This document shows positions 1 through 13,222 of a stretch of DNA of 64,000 nt, piece by piece. Location of the stretch: NCBI GenBank assembly GCA_964016885.1, contig OZ024740.1, forward strand, positions 381,548,001-381,612,000, given 5' to 3'. A program made the translations under genes and the position numbers. Numbering within the stretch: position 1 is the first letter of the stretch; the number at the start of each line of letters is the position of its first letter. Under the pieces are notes generated by a model. The model had not been told where the DNA came from. It ran no database searches and was given only the letters and a program-made list of their open reading frames with translations. This DNA comes from Eledone cirrhosa. Its lineage: Eukaryota.

Positions 1-2312
1 GGAAAGTATATCCCATTTCAAGGTGAACTGTTGGTTGCGTTCACGGAGTTGCCAGGTCTTGATGGCGAGCGTGGTCACAAAACCGTGATGAGGATGTTTA
101 ATTGAGAATTGATGACGGTACCAGCGAGATTTAAACGAGGTAGTGGTAGACCCGATGTAATACCATTTCTAGTCGTTCGATTCAACCGTGCATTGGTAAA
201 CAATGTTGGACTTTAGGCATTTATTCTTTAATGGACATCTTTCAGGTCGGTGGCAGTTACAGTTTTTGTTGTGGGTAGCGGGTATACCATGGATAGGTTG
301 GTTTAGCAGTACTGGTGGGTTGTGTAATACCCGTCTCCCATTTAGTGGTTGGGAGGCCGATATTACGTTATGCTCTCCTGTTATTAAAATATTTTGTTTT
401 GTAGTGTTGTTTAATTGCTTTAAGTTAAGTTTTTTTATGTATGCTTCAAGGTTTGGTGCAATGGAGTATGATAGTCTAATAGTTTTAGAGTTCAGAATTT
501 TACTGTATTTATGGGAACTAGGGAAATCCTTGTTGATTAACTTAAAGAATGAAAGAGATAGTTTTGTACTAATCGAAGCATTAAAAATAGGATTATACCA
601 GATATACTTTCTACAACGTGATTTATTTGGTGATGATTTTCTATTATTAGTATGTCTGGTGGTACTGCGTGTGTGCGCTTGTATTTCAGTAACCCGGTTA
701 CGTATTCCTTGATTTCGTGTAGAGCTATGTGTGTTATGGAGATTCTTATCAATGTATTCTATTGTATCACGGTGGTCGGCATTCCTTAATGCATTATTAT
801 AGTATTCAGCGTGTTCACTAAAAATCTCAGAGTCAGACGATAGGCGAGAGATTCTAAGAGAAATACTACGGGGAACCGATTTGATCATGGAAAGTGGGTG
901 GTTTGAGTTAAAATTGATATAGGTAAGGTTCTCATTTATCTTGTGGAAGGGTCGTATCAGTCCGGTATTTAAATTAAGAGTTACGTCTAGAAAATTTACT
1001 ACTTTAAGATTGTATTCGTACGTTATTTTTAAACCCAGTTCACTAAAAGATTTTCTAATATTTTTCCGTAGCCTTTCAAGATTTTGGTTATTTAAGTTAT
1101 TAACTAATAAGAGCCCGTCATCTCTATATATTCCCCCCTGTACATTACTAAATTTACTATGTAGTATGTGGGCTATGTAATTCCCACAAGATCCGTGACC
1201 TCCGCTGAGTCGTTGGAACCCATGGTAATGTCGAATTTTGTGGGTCTGTCCTTACGTTCCCAGTAGCAGTTATCAAACTTGATAATAATTTTTCTAGCCT
1301 CGAGAATAATATTAATTTCGTCCTCCGTTAGGTCGGAATTGACTTTAGAGAACGATAGGGCCTTACGTAAAGTGCCGGGTGAGATTGAAGAGTAGTATTC
1401 GTCTATGTCAAATTGTATAAACTTAGATTTATTCTTGTTCTTAACGTTATTAAACCAGCGAATTGCTTCGCTAGTGTTGCCCCATAATTTAATTTCTATT
1501 TTCTTTTTCACTTGTCAAGTATATGTTTGCTAATTTTTCCTATGTCTGATTTAGAAGGGCATATAAGTCTAATCTTAGGGTTAGAGTCAAAATTTACCTT
1601 ATGGTCCTTCAGGTTAAAGGTGGGGTTGTGGGTATAATCGGCTCGGTTCTATCGTCTATCTTGAGATTCTTCACCACTTTGTATGCCTCGTTGTTAATAT
1701 TTGCTAGCGTAGTTTCACTTGTTTTTCTATATTTTTTGTGTAGTTCATTGCGTATGAAGCTGTTGTATGTATCGATATCCATGGTATACACGTTAGAGGT
1801 CTTGTCAGCTTTCACAACAATTCCATTGGTATTTTGCAGTCTTCGGAGTAGTGCTTTCATGTTGCTCTGCAGCTCATTATTTCTATGTTTGGTAAACTTA
1901 ATATTCATGGTCGTATTCATTAAATCTTGTTCGAAAGCATCGAGATGGGGGTTTGTGGGTGGGTTTTTACATGATTTAAAACCATATGATCCAGACGAGT
2001 GACTGGCGTCTCCCGTATCGAAATGGAAAGCCTTCCATCGTACACCCCGAATGAAGTCATTATTGCGTTGAATCATACCAAGAATGTATTCCCTTTTGTT
2101 AGGTATAGGTATGTTTTTAAGTGACATACCTATATGATGCCTTTCCATATTATTGCCGTGTGTCGGTGTGGTTGCTCAACTGTGCAGGAGGCGATTATTA
2201 GGTATAGGATTATCCTAGATGCAGTAATGGTTAATTCAAAATCACCGTGGAAACATTTGTAAGCACACAGAATAAATTACCTTTTTATGATATCTACCTG
2301 TTATTATTCATT

Positions 2313-2320
<8 letters not shown>
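1..2320 (-). mobile_element. Penelope-like retroelement (probably Naiad-type), RT + GIY-YIG, disrupted; runs off the window start
   Basis: ORF pieces 1609-2148 (SLKNIPIP...RWKAF, VKADKT), 1173-1511 (FIQFDIDEYYSSI, ITMGSNDSAE), YRDD at 1117-1128, 169-888 (CNCxxxxxCPL, IVYQC), and after a TAG stop YYIGST...RWYRH. Frameshifts near 1610, 1512 and 1180. Abuts (TA)n at 2315. Confidence 0.9.
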
Positions 2321-2362
<42 letters not shown>

Positions 2363-2857
2363 CACAAGAATCAAAGCATGTTCAAACCATTTATTCACTT
2401 AAAATTATTTCATCCAAACCTAGGCTTGGTGTCTTCGGACCATTTTTCAATGTTTGTACACATAATTGACCTCCTTTCCAATGCAAGAGACATACAAATA
2501 CATATATATATATTGATGTACAGTGGAGTGACATATATTATACTATACTATTTTTGTACAGCAATTCAAATTCAAAATCAAAATCAAAATCAAAATTAAA
2601 ATTAAAATTAAAATCAAAATTAAAATACATTCGGCAGATAACACAGGTAATGCAAGAGGATAGTTTGATAGTCAGATCTAGTAGGTAGTTTATGCGTCAG
2701 TTACACATGGAGCATGCAAGTGTGTCTCATTTTTATACGATTATTGTGTGGCAGGGTGTTACATGTAATGCAAGCACTTTAAGCGGGTAAGCAAGATTAT
2801 TATGGTGGTTGTAGTGGTAAGGTATTTTTTGTATAGAACAAAAAAGTATGTGTGCAG

Positions 2858-3001
2858 AAAAATAAAAATAAAAATAAAAATAAAAATAAAAATAAAAATA
2901 AAAATAAAAATAAAAATAAAATTAAAAATAAAAATAAAAATAAAAATAAAAATAAAAATAAAAATAAAAATAAAAATAAAAATAAAAATAAAAATAAAAA
3001 T
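2858..3001 (+). repeat. (TAAAAA)n hexamer array
   Basis: Direct reading. Confidence 0.95.
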
Positions 3002-3530
3002 AATTTTTATTTTTCTGCACACATACGTTTTTGTTCTATACAAAAAATAACTTACCACTACAACCACCATAATAATCTTGCTTACCCGCTTAAAGTGCTT
3101 GCATTACATGTAACACCCTGCCACACAATAAACGTATAAAAATGAGACACACTTGCATGCTCCATGTGTAACTAACGCATACACTACCTACTAGATCTGA
3201 CTATCAAACATTATCTGTGTTATCTGCCGAATGTATTTTAATTTTGATTTTGATTTTAATTTTGATTTTGAATTTGAATTGCTGTACAAAAATAGTATAG
3301 TATAATATATGTCACTCCATTGTACATCAATATATATATATGTATCTGTATGTCTCTTGCATTGGAAAGGAGGTCAATTATGTGTACAAACATTGAAAAT
3401 GGTCCGAAGACACCAAGCCTAGGTTTGGATGAAACAATTGTGAGTGAATAAATGCTTTGAACATAGCTTTGATTCTTATGAATTCTATATAACTGCTCTG
3501 TAGAACAACTGATGTTATTACATTGAGCTA

Positions 3531-3717
3531 TGGGCGGTGGATTGGCAGTATCGGTAGAGGGTCGGACGCCATGCTTTCAAGCATAGTTACGTCCCTTTAC
3601 GATCTGAGTTCAAATCCCGCCGAGGTTGACTTTGCCTTTCATCCTTACGGGGTCGATAAAATAAAGTACCAGTAATGCACTGGGTAATTGCTGGCCTTGT
3701 GCCTAAAGTAGAAACAA
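3531..3717 (+). mobile_element. tRNA-derived SINE, full length, 17-bp TSD
   Basis: A box-like TGGCAGTATCGG, B box GAGTTCAAATCC, core gcctttcatcctt..ggggtcgataaaataaagtaccag (Meta/MESC-like domain, inference). TSD gttattacattgagcta at 3514-3530 and 3718-3734. Confidence 0.92.
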
Positions 3718-3846
3718 GTTATTACATTGAGCTACTTATCTTACTGGTAATAAGGTAGTAATAAATTACTGATCTTCACTGTTTAGGGTTTAAAATATAC
3801 ATAACTATAAAAAGTTTTAATAATTACATAACCATAAATAGTATCC

Positions 3847-3880
<34 letters not shown>

Positions 3881-3884
<4 letters not shown>

Positions 3885-4421
3885 CAGGAAAGAAGGTTGA
3901 CATGGTTTGCTATACAAAAAAGGTTTTTAATCTCATAGCTGACAATTGTGTCTCTGAACTGGTAGGTCTAGAGATCACTATTCGCTTATTTTCGCGTTAC
4001 TCGATCGCCAATACAAAATTATAACCAGTCAGATCTTCGGAGCATGCGAGAATGAAGAAAATACACAGGCAAGAAAAGAATATACAGGCTACTATATGAA
4101 GTAGTAATGGCATTCAATTAGAACAATAACAACAATTACAACAATGCTATTAATAAATTATTTAAGGAGACCCTGACATTACTTAGGTGGGGGGTATAAT
4201 GTATCTAACGTTACGGCGTGTAAAACTAGCTGTCATGAGGCAAAATTAAGAGTTTGCCATGTACAGAGTATCGAAGTGTATATCAATTTTAAATTATAAA
4301 GATAAGCCAGTGTTTACAGTCTTTCTCTTCATCTTCAATAGTATACATGAGTGGGACAACACTGTCAAAGCTAGATAGTTGTTGAGTTAATACAGAGGTT
4401 AACGAAGTAATATACGCATAT

Positions 4422-4507
<86 letters not shown>

Positions 4508-5467
4508 ACATATATATATATACACATGCATGTGTACATAGACACATACATACACATCAATATACACTCGTACAAAAATATACATACATGCAAAGAGATA
4601 AGCGTGCTAATTGTAATTATGGCAAAAGGAAGGTAAAGTTACATTGTAGTAGTGATTTGAGAAAAACTAGGATTTAAGATCAAATGATGGCAGCAGCTGA
4701 GAAGGAATACGTTTGTGGGTAGATGAGGTACTTACAGACATTTGTGTGGTATAGACTTGTGAAGGATATAGTATACTTAATGAATATATTTCTGTGGGTA
4801 GTGGGTATCCTAATTTAAAGCTATGTTGTGTTGGTTCGATTCACGGAGGTTTGAATCTTATGAATTTAGTGGCAATTCTATGTCTGCAGAAGATAGATCT
4901 TTCTAACTTATTGTTAAGTAGCCTTTTTACATTTTTGAGGATATACAATAGCTCAAGATCACATAGCCCGCAGTGGGACATCCCTGTACTATAGGTTTTA
5001 GCAGCCGACAACTTCGACCAGTTGATACTGTAGTTAGTGCTGCTGTCCTTCAGTTCCCATATTTTTTTGGCGAGGGTTGTGGAACCCATAAGTGCACGGT
5101 TTTTCATTGAGTGTCTGTGCACATACCATCTTTTTTTAAAAGAACCCGCGGTGGATCCTATGTAATTCCAGGTGGAGTTACCCGAGATGACCGTGCACAT
5201 GTACACTAGGCTCGAATCGAGACATCTGTTCGCCAATGGGCACCTATCTGGTAGGTGACAGTTACAGTTTGAGGCGCTATTTTGTGCAGCTTTTACATTC
5301 CTGTTTAGTACTCTGTTATAAGTGGGTTGTGATATATGCCCAACGGGGTTTTGCTGCTGCGCGTTTGTATGCGCTTGTGGTTGTGATGTTGTGATGTGTT
5401 TGTGCTTATAATTCGGTGCTACGTTATGTATAGGTGCAGTTGATTTACACTCTGGTGTAATGTTCAT
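3881..5467 (-). mobile_element. 5'-truncated Penelope-like element (GIY-YIG end + 3' UTR with degenerate HHR)
   Basis: ORF 4841-5467 CNCHLPDRCPL..LVYMCTV..NYIGSTAGSFKKRWYVH..CGLCDLE. 3' end abuts (TA)n at 3880 and matches 62100-62410. Confidence 0.85.
3938..4043 (-). ncRNA. Degenerate type I hammerhead ribozyme
   Basis: gct-CCGAAGA-tctgactggt...accagttcaga-GACAC-aatt-GTC-agc; two core mutations relative to the 62248 copy. Confidence 0.5.
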
Positions 5468-5469
5468 AA

Positions 5470-6405
5470 ATACAACCCCTAGAGGTGAACAACCCCTAGA
5501 GGTGAATTAGCTTACAAATTTAGAAGGGCCCTAAATAAACATAAACTCAATATTAAGATAGTAGAAAGACCAGGTACCTCCGTAAAGACACTTATTAGCA
5601 AGACATACCCTTTTCAAAGACCCTCATGTATAGATAAGAAATGTATAACCTGTAAAATAAGCCCCCATATTAACTGTAAAACTAGAAATGTAGTGTATAG
5701 CATAAGATGTACTGAAGGACAATGTAGAGACAAAAATATAGTGTACATAGGTGAGACAGATCGTAGTGTAGGGGAACGGATAAATGAACACTGGCGAGAC
5801 CTTCAAGATAATAAAGAATCATCTGTACTCTACCAACATGCTAAGATAGAACACAGGGGTAAATTAGAGAACATAGAAATAAAAATAGAATCTACACACA
5901 GAAAAGACGCAATGTTTAGACAAATTACAGAGGCAATAAACATAAAAGAATTACAACCAAAATTAAATAGAAAATATGAGTGGAACAGCAACATCACAAC
6001 TTACAATTAAGGACAAAATGAAAACACACACACACATAGAACAAACAACCAACCAGTAACATGTAAATAAACAAATAAATAAATGAACATAAACACACAC
6101 AGACACCCGGATGTGGCGCATGCGCAGACTGAGCACACAACACACACACAGAAACAAAATGGCGTAGGACAGAACAAAGGAGAGGCACAGAAACAAAGAA
6201 AGGAATCCCCAGTCACTGAAGAGGTCACAGAGTGTGTGACGAAAGAACTATGACTATATATAAACAACTATCTGGTTGTCGAGCCAACCAACCAACCAGA
6301 AATTTATAAATTTATAAATTTATAAATATATAATAAATTGAAGTGAAAGCAACTGGTGCGTGTGTTTCTTATTGGCAACATGACCCTCCCAAAGTATAAC
6401 AATAT
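5470..6405 (+). mobile_element. 5'-truncated Penelope-like element (Neptune-like GIY-YIG) with HHR-bearing 3' end
   Basis: CITC..C Zn-finger-like linker, then VVYSIRC..YIGETDRSVGERINEH..EAINI..LNRK (5693-6010). 3' end repeated at 15740-16250 and 23605-23830. Confidence 0.85.
6211..6255 (+). ncRNA. Minimal type I hammerhead ribozyme
   Basis: Stem I agtca/tgact, core CTGAAGA, stem II gtcac/gtgac, GAAA, 2-bp stem III, CUA site. Confidence 0.8.
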
Positions 6406-6459
6406 CGGTTTCAACACACGATTTCAGATAAAGAATCTTGCTAAACAAATTCAGAAACG

Positions 6460-6506
<47 letters not shown>

Positions 6507-6510
<4 letters not shown>

Positions 6511-6682
6511 AACGAGTAGGACCTCGACGGCTGAGCTCAAGCCGTTTCGACGGCTAATTCTGGACGATTATTGAGCTCAGCCGTCGGGGTCCTACTCGTT
6601 CCTATTACCCACTCTACTATCCAAAGTATTGAGTACTTTGGTGCGTTATGGTCCACCTGGTTCCTTACCACATTTCCTTCGT

Positions 6683-6683
<1 letters not shown>
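6507..6683 (+). mobile_element. Mini fold-back element in (TA)n, same family as 32228-34118
   Basis: Hairpin 6507-6540/6571-6605 plus 78-nt tail matching the reverse complement of 32228-32306. Confidence 0.85.
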
Positions 6684-6714
<31 letters not shown>

Positions 6715-7655
6715 AGAACAAGTCATAGAATTATCTTTCGATATCACACCTATTGATGATAAGCTTATAGATGTGTTGCAGTAGTTCGCTGATTGAACTG
6801 GGTGGCCTCGACCGTTGACATTTAGAGTTTTCCGCTCAGCGTCTAATGACACATACCGCTGATTCAATGTAGAATTCTTCGGCATTAGGTCATGATTTAT
6901 CATGCTGCATCTCATGATTTCGTTGGCTGGTTTGTTACCAGAATATTGTCATGGTTAATTATCTATACTGGTCCACACAGGCCGGCCTAATTGTCCCACT
7001 TCGTTTCAACAGTTACCAGTAAATATGACGAGACTGAGGGTTTGGCTGAAGGATGGAACTCGTTAAAAAGACTGTTAAAAGAAAACTAAAAATGTTAAAA
7101 GGTTAAAAACTTCAAAAATAAATGCACAGTCTTTAAAAATATATATTTATATACACATCCTCACCCGCACACAGTTCGACGCACACACGCACGCATCTAC
7201 AATATAAATATATATATGTGTATATGCTTGGCCATTGACTCAAATGATTTCTTCTCACTTTTGATGGGTTTTGCTTATCATCCCTCAGGATGTCTAATTA
7301 TCCCCCTCCTCAACATAGTGTGGTTGCCAGATTAGTCACCGACGAAGACCCGACTATGCGAAAAATTGTGATGATTTACATATTGCCAGATGCGCTCATA
7401 TATATATATATATATATATTGTTTTTCCTCCACAATGGCTGACTGAATATATTTCTCCCTCCGTTCCCCTTCTCACCCGCACTCTTTCTATTTCATCTTT
7501 TATTTCTCATTCTATCATCTTATGAAGGATTGGTGTCCGAAACATAAAGAGTCTTTTCCCAATATTTCAAGTATTAAACTAATATATTTATTCATTATAT
7601 TGTGTCATATATTTCTGATTAATGTTTGCATGCATACACACACACACACACACAT

Positions 7656-7748
<93 letters not shown>

Positions 7749-9399
7749 TGCGTGTGTGTGCGTGCGTGTGTGCGTAAAGGAAAGAGAGAGAGAGAGTGAG
7801 AGAAAGAGAAAGCGAGAAGTATGATATATTAAATCTTTTTTCTACATTTTATTGGAAAATATTCATATTTCCTTAATCTTTTACGCTGGAACAAGTTCAT
7901 TTATTATCTGGAGCTTTTAATTTAGATTTTTTAATAGCAAACCACCTGAAACTACCCCTCCTTCTAATACACAAACATTGTGTTTATATTTATCTAAAAA
8001 TCTTCCAATAACATTTTTGTTATTAACCATACACCAGACTGATATCGAAAACGACAGTTATGTTACAAAGTCCCACCAAAATCATTTTCGAAAGGATTTC
8101 AACATTATAGGTGTTTTTCATGTAAAATATAGCAACGGAAAGGTTAAACGCATGTCTAGCTTATATGCAAGTCTTTTCCATCGGTTGATGCGGTCTTTCA
8201 TTTGTTCGTATTGTTCAGTGTATGTTGCTCTTCAGTTTTGATTTGATCATATAATAGTTTACTATAGGTTTATTTAATGGTTAGTTTTGGGTGAGATTGT
8301 TTAAAAGTTTGACGGGAATCATAGTTTCATGTTAATTACTTTGTTTATCTGTTCTTTAATGGAGATGTTGATTTCCTGGAGGGTTTGGATTATGTAAATA
8401 GATAATTGCAAAATCCCGGTACCATTACTTTTCTATGTTGGTTTCTGGAAGTATTTGAATGTGATGAGCAAAGTTGGGTGCAGGTTTATGGATTGCGTTT
8501 GCTTGGGCTCATGTATAGCGTCGGTTTGGTGCGACTATTTTACGTTCAAGTTAAGTCAATTAACGGTTATATATGTATATTTAGGGGGAGAGAGAAAGTT
8601 AAAAGTTAAAAGGTAAGGGGAGTAAAAAAACCCCACCACAGTCACATTTATATACGCAGTTATATATACACAGTTATATACACACAGTTATATATACACA
8701 GTTATATACACACTCATGGATGGCCGTTCCTTCGCCCATTGAAGGGTTTGGTTCTCATCCTGAAGGATGTACAAGATCACCCGACCATGTAACAAGTTGC
8801 ACTGAGTTACATATTACTAGTAGCGCTCTCGAGCGCTACAGTAACATTTAGCTTTTTAATTTTCAAACATTTAACAGTATTGGAAGGCACTTGATCTACG
8901 AATACAGAAATAAGCAGACTCAGACATAACCACAGACGGCCGCTTTCGCAAGGCCTAGCACTCTAGGCTTACGCGATTACTGGTCTTCTTGTCATCAGAT
9001 AATAATCAATGAGTTTTAGAGAGTGTTGTACACGCGTTTAGCACTATAACCCGGTGTTGCATAGATGTCTCTTTCACGATCCTCTCATCTTTCATTTTGT
9101 TTATTAAAAGTGAAGTGTGATGGAGGAGTGGTGACGAATGCAAGCCTAGCCAGTTAGTAGCACACAATTACAAATCTGCAGATAGGTGGCAATAGTCTTA
9201 TCTTAATATCGTTGTTGTGTCTTCCTGTGACAGAGACCAACTTCAGTGAAAGATCTTTTATCTGGGCAGCCCTGGTAGGGAGAGTAAATCCCATCCAGTG
9301 AGGTGGGAAGGGACTAGAAAAGGAGCACTGAACATTGCTTTTCATTTCAACGCTGAATAGTTCCCTGCATCTAACGGTGGATTATGTTAGCAGGAGCAG

Positions 9400-10815
9400 A
9401 AAATATGATAGATATGCTAAATTAGTTGTAAAAGAGTGAGTTAAGCTCAACATTTCTTGTTGAAATGCTAGAACACTTTTGGATCAGAATTAGTCAAACC
9501 AACCAGAAAGAACTGCACTTGTAACTAAGGAAAATGAAAGACTGCATATAAATATTGCAGCTCTCTCAGAAACGTGTGTGACAAGTGAAGATCAGTTAGC
9601 TGCAGTATCATCAGGATATAAATAAATTTGTGACGTTCAATAGGTAAAGTCGAGAACTTTTGTATGCTGATGATGCACACAAGAATCAGACATGCTATAC
9701 ACGATGGATAAATCTTCTGAAGCATATGCTCCTATTGGGCTCACCCTAAGCTTAACTAAGACTAAGGCAATTTACACCCCAGCACCAGGAGAACCTTGCA
9801 CTGTGCCAAATATATATGTGAATTGGAATAGCTTGGCAGTGGTGGATTTGTTTCTGTATCTGGATAGTACCCTGTCAAGGGACGGAAGTTTAGATGCAGA
9901 AATATATCTTCGTATACAGAAAGCAAGAGCTACATTTGGAAAATTAGTGAAAAAGGTGTGGACAGAGAGCAGCATAACACTGGGGACAATGATAACTGCG
10001 TATGAGGCATATGTGCTTACAGTTTTGTTATTATGGGTGTGAAGCGTGGATCACTCACCAGCGGCATTTCAAGATACTTGATAGATTCCACCAAAAGTAC
10101 ATTCGGCAGATCCTTGGAATTAAATGGAGAAACATGACAACTGACACTGAAGATTTATAAAGATCTGGATGTTCTGCAAACAGTTTCCTTGTCATTAAGT
10201 CAGATACGTTGGGAAGGGCATCTTGTTTGCATGAATCAAGCAAGGCTCCCAAAGGAAATCTTAGCACAGGCATAAGAAAAGCTACAAAGATTGCATTAAG
10301 GAAAATGTAAAATATTTGGGTAAGCTCTTGAAAAGTAAGCTCTTGATCTTAATACATTGAGAACCAAAATTAAATCAGGGTATCGACTATTGGAAGAAAC
10401 AAAACAAGCAAAAGCAGAGCTAAAACGGGGTCCAGAAAAGGGTGAGTTGATAAGGATTGAAAATGTTGATTATTGGAATTGCATTAATGTTTTGTTAAAC
10501 ATATGAACATACAGGAAGAGACAATGACGTAGGCAGATTATGTGGCAAATCTTCCTGCACTTCCAGATGTGACCACTTCTAAGATTTATGTTAGTCATCA
10601 ACAAAATATGTTAGTCATCAACAGGAAATTCCACATCCTAATACAATAAACCCAGTACACACACTGGCACACATCTGTTAACAGTGCTAAAGACCTTGTA
10701 TATCAGTTGCTGGTTTGAAACTTCATCTCCGTGCACATGAGAGGGTGTAAACTTGCTGGAGGGATTCTCATGATGTTGAAACGGCTATCATCTGACAAGA
10801 TGAAGCAATCATCAC
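9400..10815 (+). mobile_element. Decayed, internally deleted RTE-clade LINE
   Basis: INIAALSET (APE N-terminus) near 9550; GLTLSLTKTK..FLYLDSTLSRDGSLDAEI..RIQKARATFGKL (post-RT region) at 9692-10042. Confidence 0.85.
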
Positions 10816-10833
10816 AAACACACACACACACAC

Positions 10834-10898
<65 letters not shown>

Positions 10899-10905
10899 AT
10901 ATATT

Positions 10906-11354
<449 letters not shown>

Positions 11355-11714
11355 GTTTCCCCTATTAGCTAATTGTTTGTAAATGAGGCGCCCATAAAAT
11401 ATAATTTAAGAAGTGTAGGGAAGAAATCTGTTCATCAAAATTGTTAATAGAAGGGAAATATGTTAACTTTTTTTTACGTTCTTTAGACTAGAATTTTGAA
11501 AATCAAGCTCTAATGAACATTTTGAATATTTACCAAATAAAAAAAAAATGGCAGCTCTCTACCACCGTTTCATTCTCCCTTTCAAACTTAACTTCATACT
11601 CTCTCTTTGACACATTTCACACCCTTCCTTTCTATCTACCAAAAATTATAGATATAAAAAATTCCTATCTACCTTCCTAGCTCTCTCATCCTCTTTCCCT
11701 ATCCAACCTCTAAT

Positions 11715-11771
<57 letters not shown>

Positions 11772-11774
11772 AAC

Positions 11775-12870
11775 ACTCATATTCCAATTCCTTTGGAAGA
11801 AATAGCCGCCGCTAGTGAGAAGATCCATCTGCTGCCAGCACCCTTCGAACGGAGGGCTGGGGATGTCGCATCTACAGGTATTCTTGACCGGCCAGCCGGT
11901 ATGGGCCCCGTTTGTGAGACAAGCCTTCCCGCTGCTCATCTCACTAACGGACCCAGCAATCAGCGGAGATTCCACCTCAACATTCTATAGTGGGTTAGTG
12001 GAGGACAGGTGCGACGACGTTCTCAGCGAGACTCTGGGCGTCGATGAGGGAGAACTAGCCAGTCTGTTCGGTAGGACTTTCCGACCGGGACCCATGGACA
12101 ACTTCCAAAGGTCCATGGCATGGCAGTGCTACCGAGGGGTTCTGCCAGTTCGAGACAAGCTCTAGAGGCACGGACGCCCGGGCAGAGATCCCGCAAAAAG
12201 GATCTGTCCGAGATGCGAGCGGGACATTGAAACCGTCTCACACGCAGTCGTACACTGCCCGGGCGTAACCGACCTGTGGAGCTACGTAGAGCCACTACTG
12301 TCACGTGTGGGACAAATAGAGTTGACCGCCGAGTCCATAGTGAGAATAAAACCGCCGCCTCCCTTTAAAAACGAAGGAGAGGCGGTTTTTTTCTGTATGG
12401 TGGCTATGGCGAAAGAGGTAATATGGTGGACGAGATTGAGAGGGCTGAGGACAGACGCCTTTCTCTCCGGACAACAATTTATTACCTTCTTTAAATACCA
12501 TTTCAGAAGGAAAATAAGAGTGGAGAGAGAGGCGCTGCATCCCAGCCAATTTGCTGAAAGGTGGGTGAATGTAGCGAAAATGGCCCGAGTGATTGGGCCT
12601 TCTCTGTATATAAACCTGTAGGTCAAGGAAGAGGAAGAAAGGAGGAAAGGAGCACTTGCACTTCGTGCTCCTGGAGTTGAGGGTTGATATTTCTACGGGG
12701 TATACAACAACCCGTTGAAGCGCCTCCCCTCTATTGGGGATTTCGATTGTTGATTTGCTTTGTTAAACTGTTGTTATTTTCATTTCTTACTCGACTACAT
12801 GTAAAATCCCCGCCATATGTCATTGTACTGTCCCATTTGTGTGCGCCCCTCTGGCTAATAAATAGAAATT
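11775..12870 (+). mobile_element. 5'-truncated Tx1/L1-clade LINE (post-RT, Cys-rich C-terminus, 3' UTR)
   Basis: RRSICCQHP..GGLG, AWQCYRGVLPVRDKL, VAMAKEVIWWTRL; homologous to 41956-42900; possible TSD tatctatcaac (11764, 12871). Confidence 0.9.
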
Positions 12871-13069
12871 TATCTATCAACGCTACTTCTTCATTCAGGT
12901 TGAGTTTGAAAGTTAATATTTAATGCTTCAACTTCTTTACCCAACCTACACCAAAATTAAACAGCTGACTGGAGTCGTCAGTTCCAACAACACCACCCAT
13001 ACTATTGTCATCACTATCATAACAACACACCACTTCATCATTTGTCTCTTCCAGCATCACCTCCTCCGC

Positions 13070-13098
13070 CTCCTGCTGCTGCTGCTGCTGCTGCTGCT

Positions 13099-13168
<70 letters not shown>

Positions 13169-13186
13169 GCAGTACTGCTGCTTCTG

Positions 13187-13219
<33 letters not shown>

Positions 13220-13222
13220 GCA
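13070..13222 (+). repeat. Compound (CTG)n/(CTA)n microsatellite
   Basis: Direct reading. Confidence 0.9.

Larger units (their letters stand above)
2357..3855 (+). mobile_element. Non-coding fold-back element in (TA)n: ~500-bp inverted arms around (TAAAAA)n plus an unpaired 3' tail
   Basis: 2357-2870 is the reverse complement of ~3003-3484 with few mismatches and small indels. Tail 3485-3855 matches 32040-32200. (TA)n on both sides. Confidence 0.85.

Noticed and set aside
1609-1611. In-frame TGA in the PLE ORF as possible selenocysteine (reported for some Naiad PLEs)
   Set aside because: Conserved KDHK continues in another frame, so this is a frameshift; the other stop at 169 is TAG
3390-3445. 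HHR-like motif (stem plus GAAACAATTGTG) in the large palindrome, and a similar one at 31703-31790
   Set aside because: Core and stem I too degenerate to call; kept only as family context
3531-3620. tRNA gene
   Set aside because: A/B boxes belong to SINE heads; no cloverleaf
7335-7555. HHR-like remnants tcacCGACGA..GAAA..gtga and GAAGGA..TCCGAAAC
   Set aside because: Core mutated and helices incomplete
8930-9000. Minus-strand CTGATGA...hairpin...GAAA
   Set aside because: Core is not adjacent to the helix and there is no stem I
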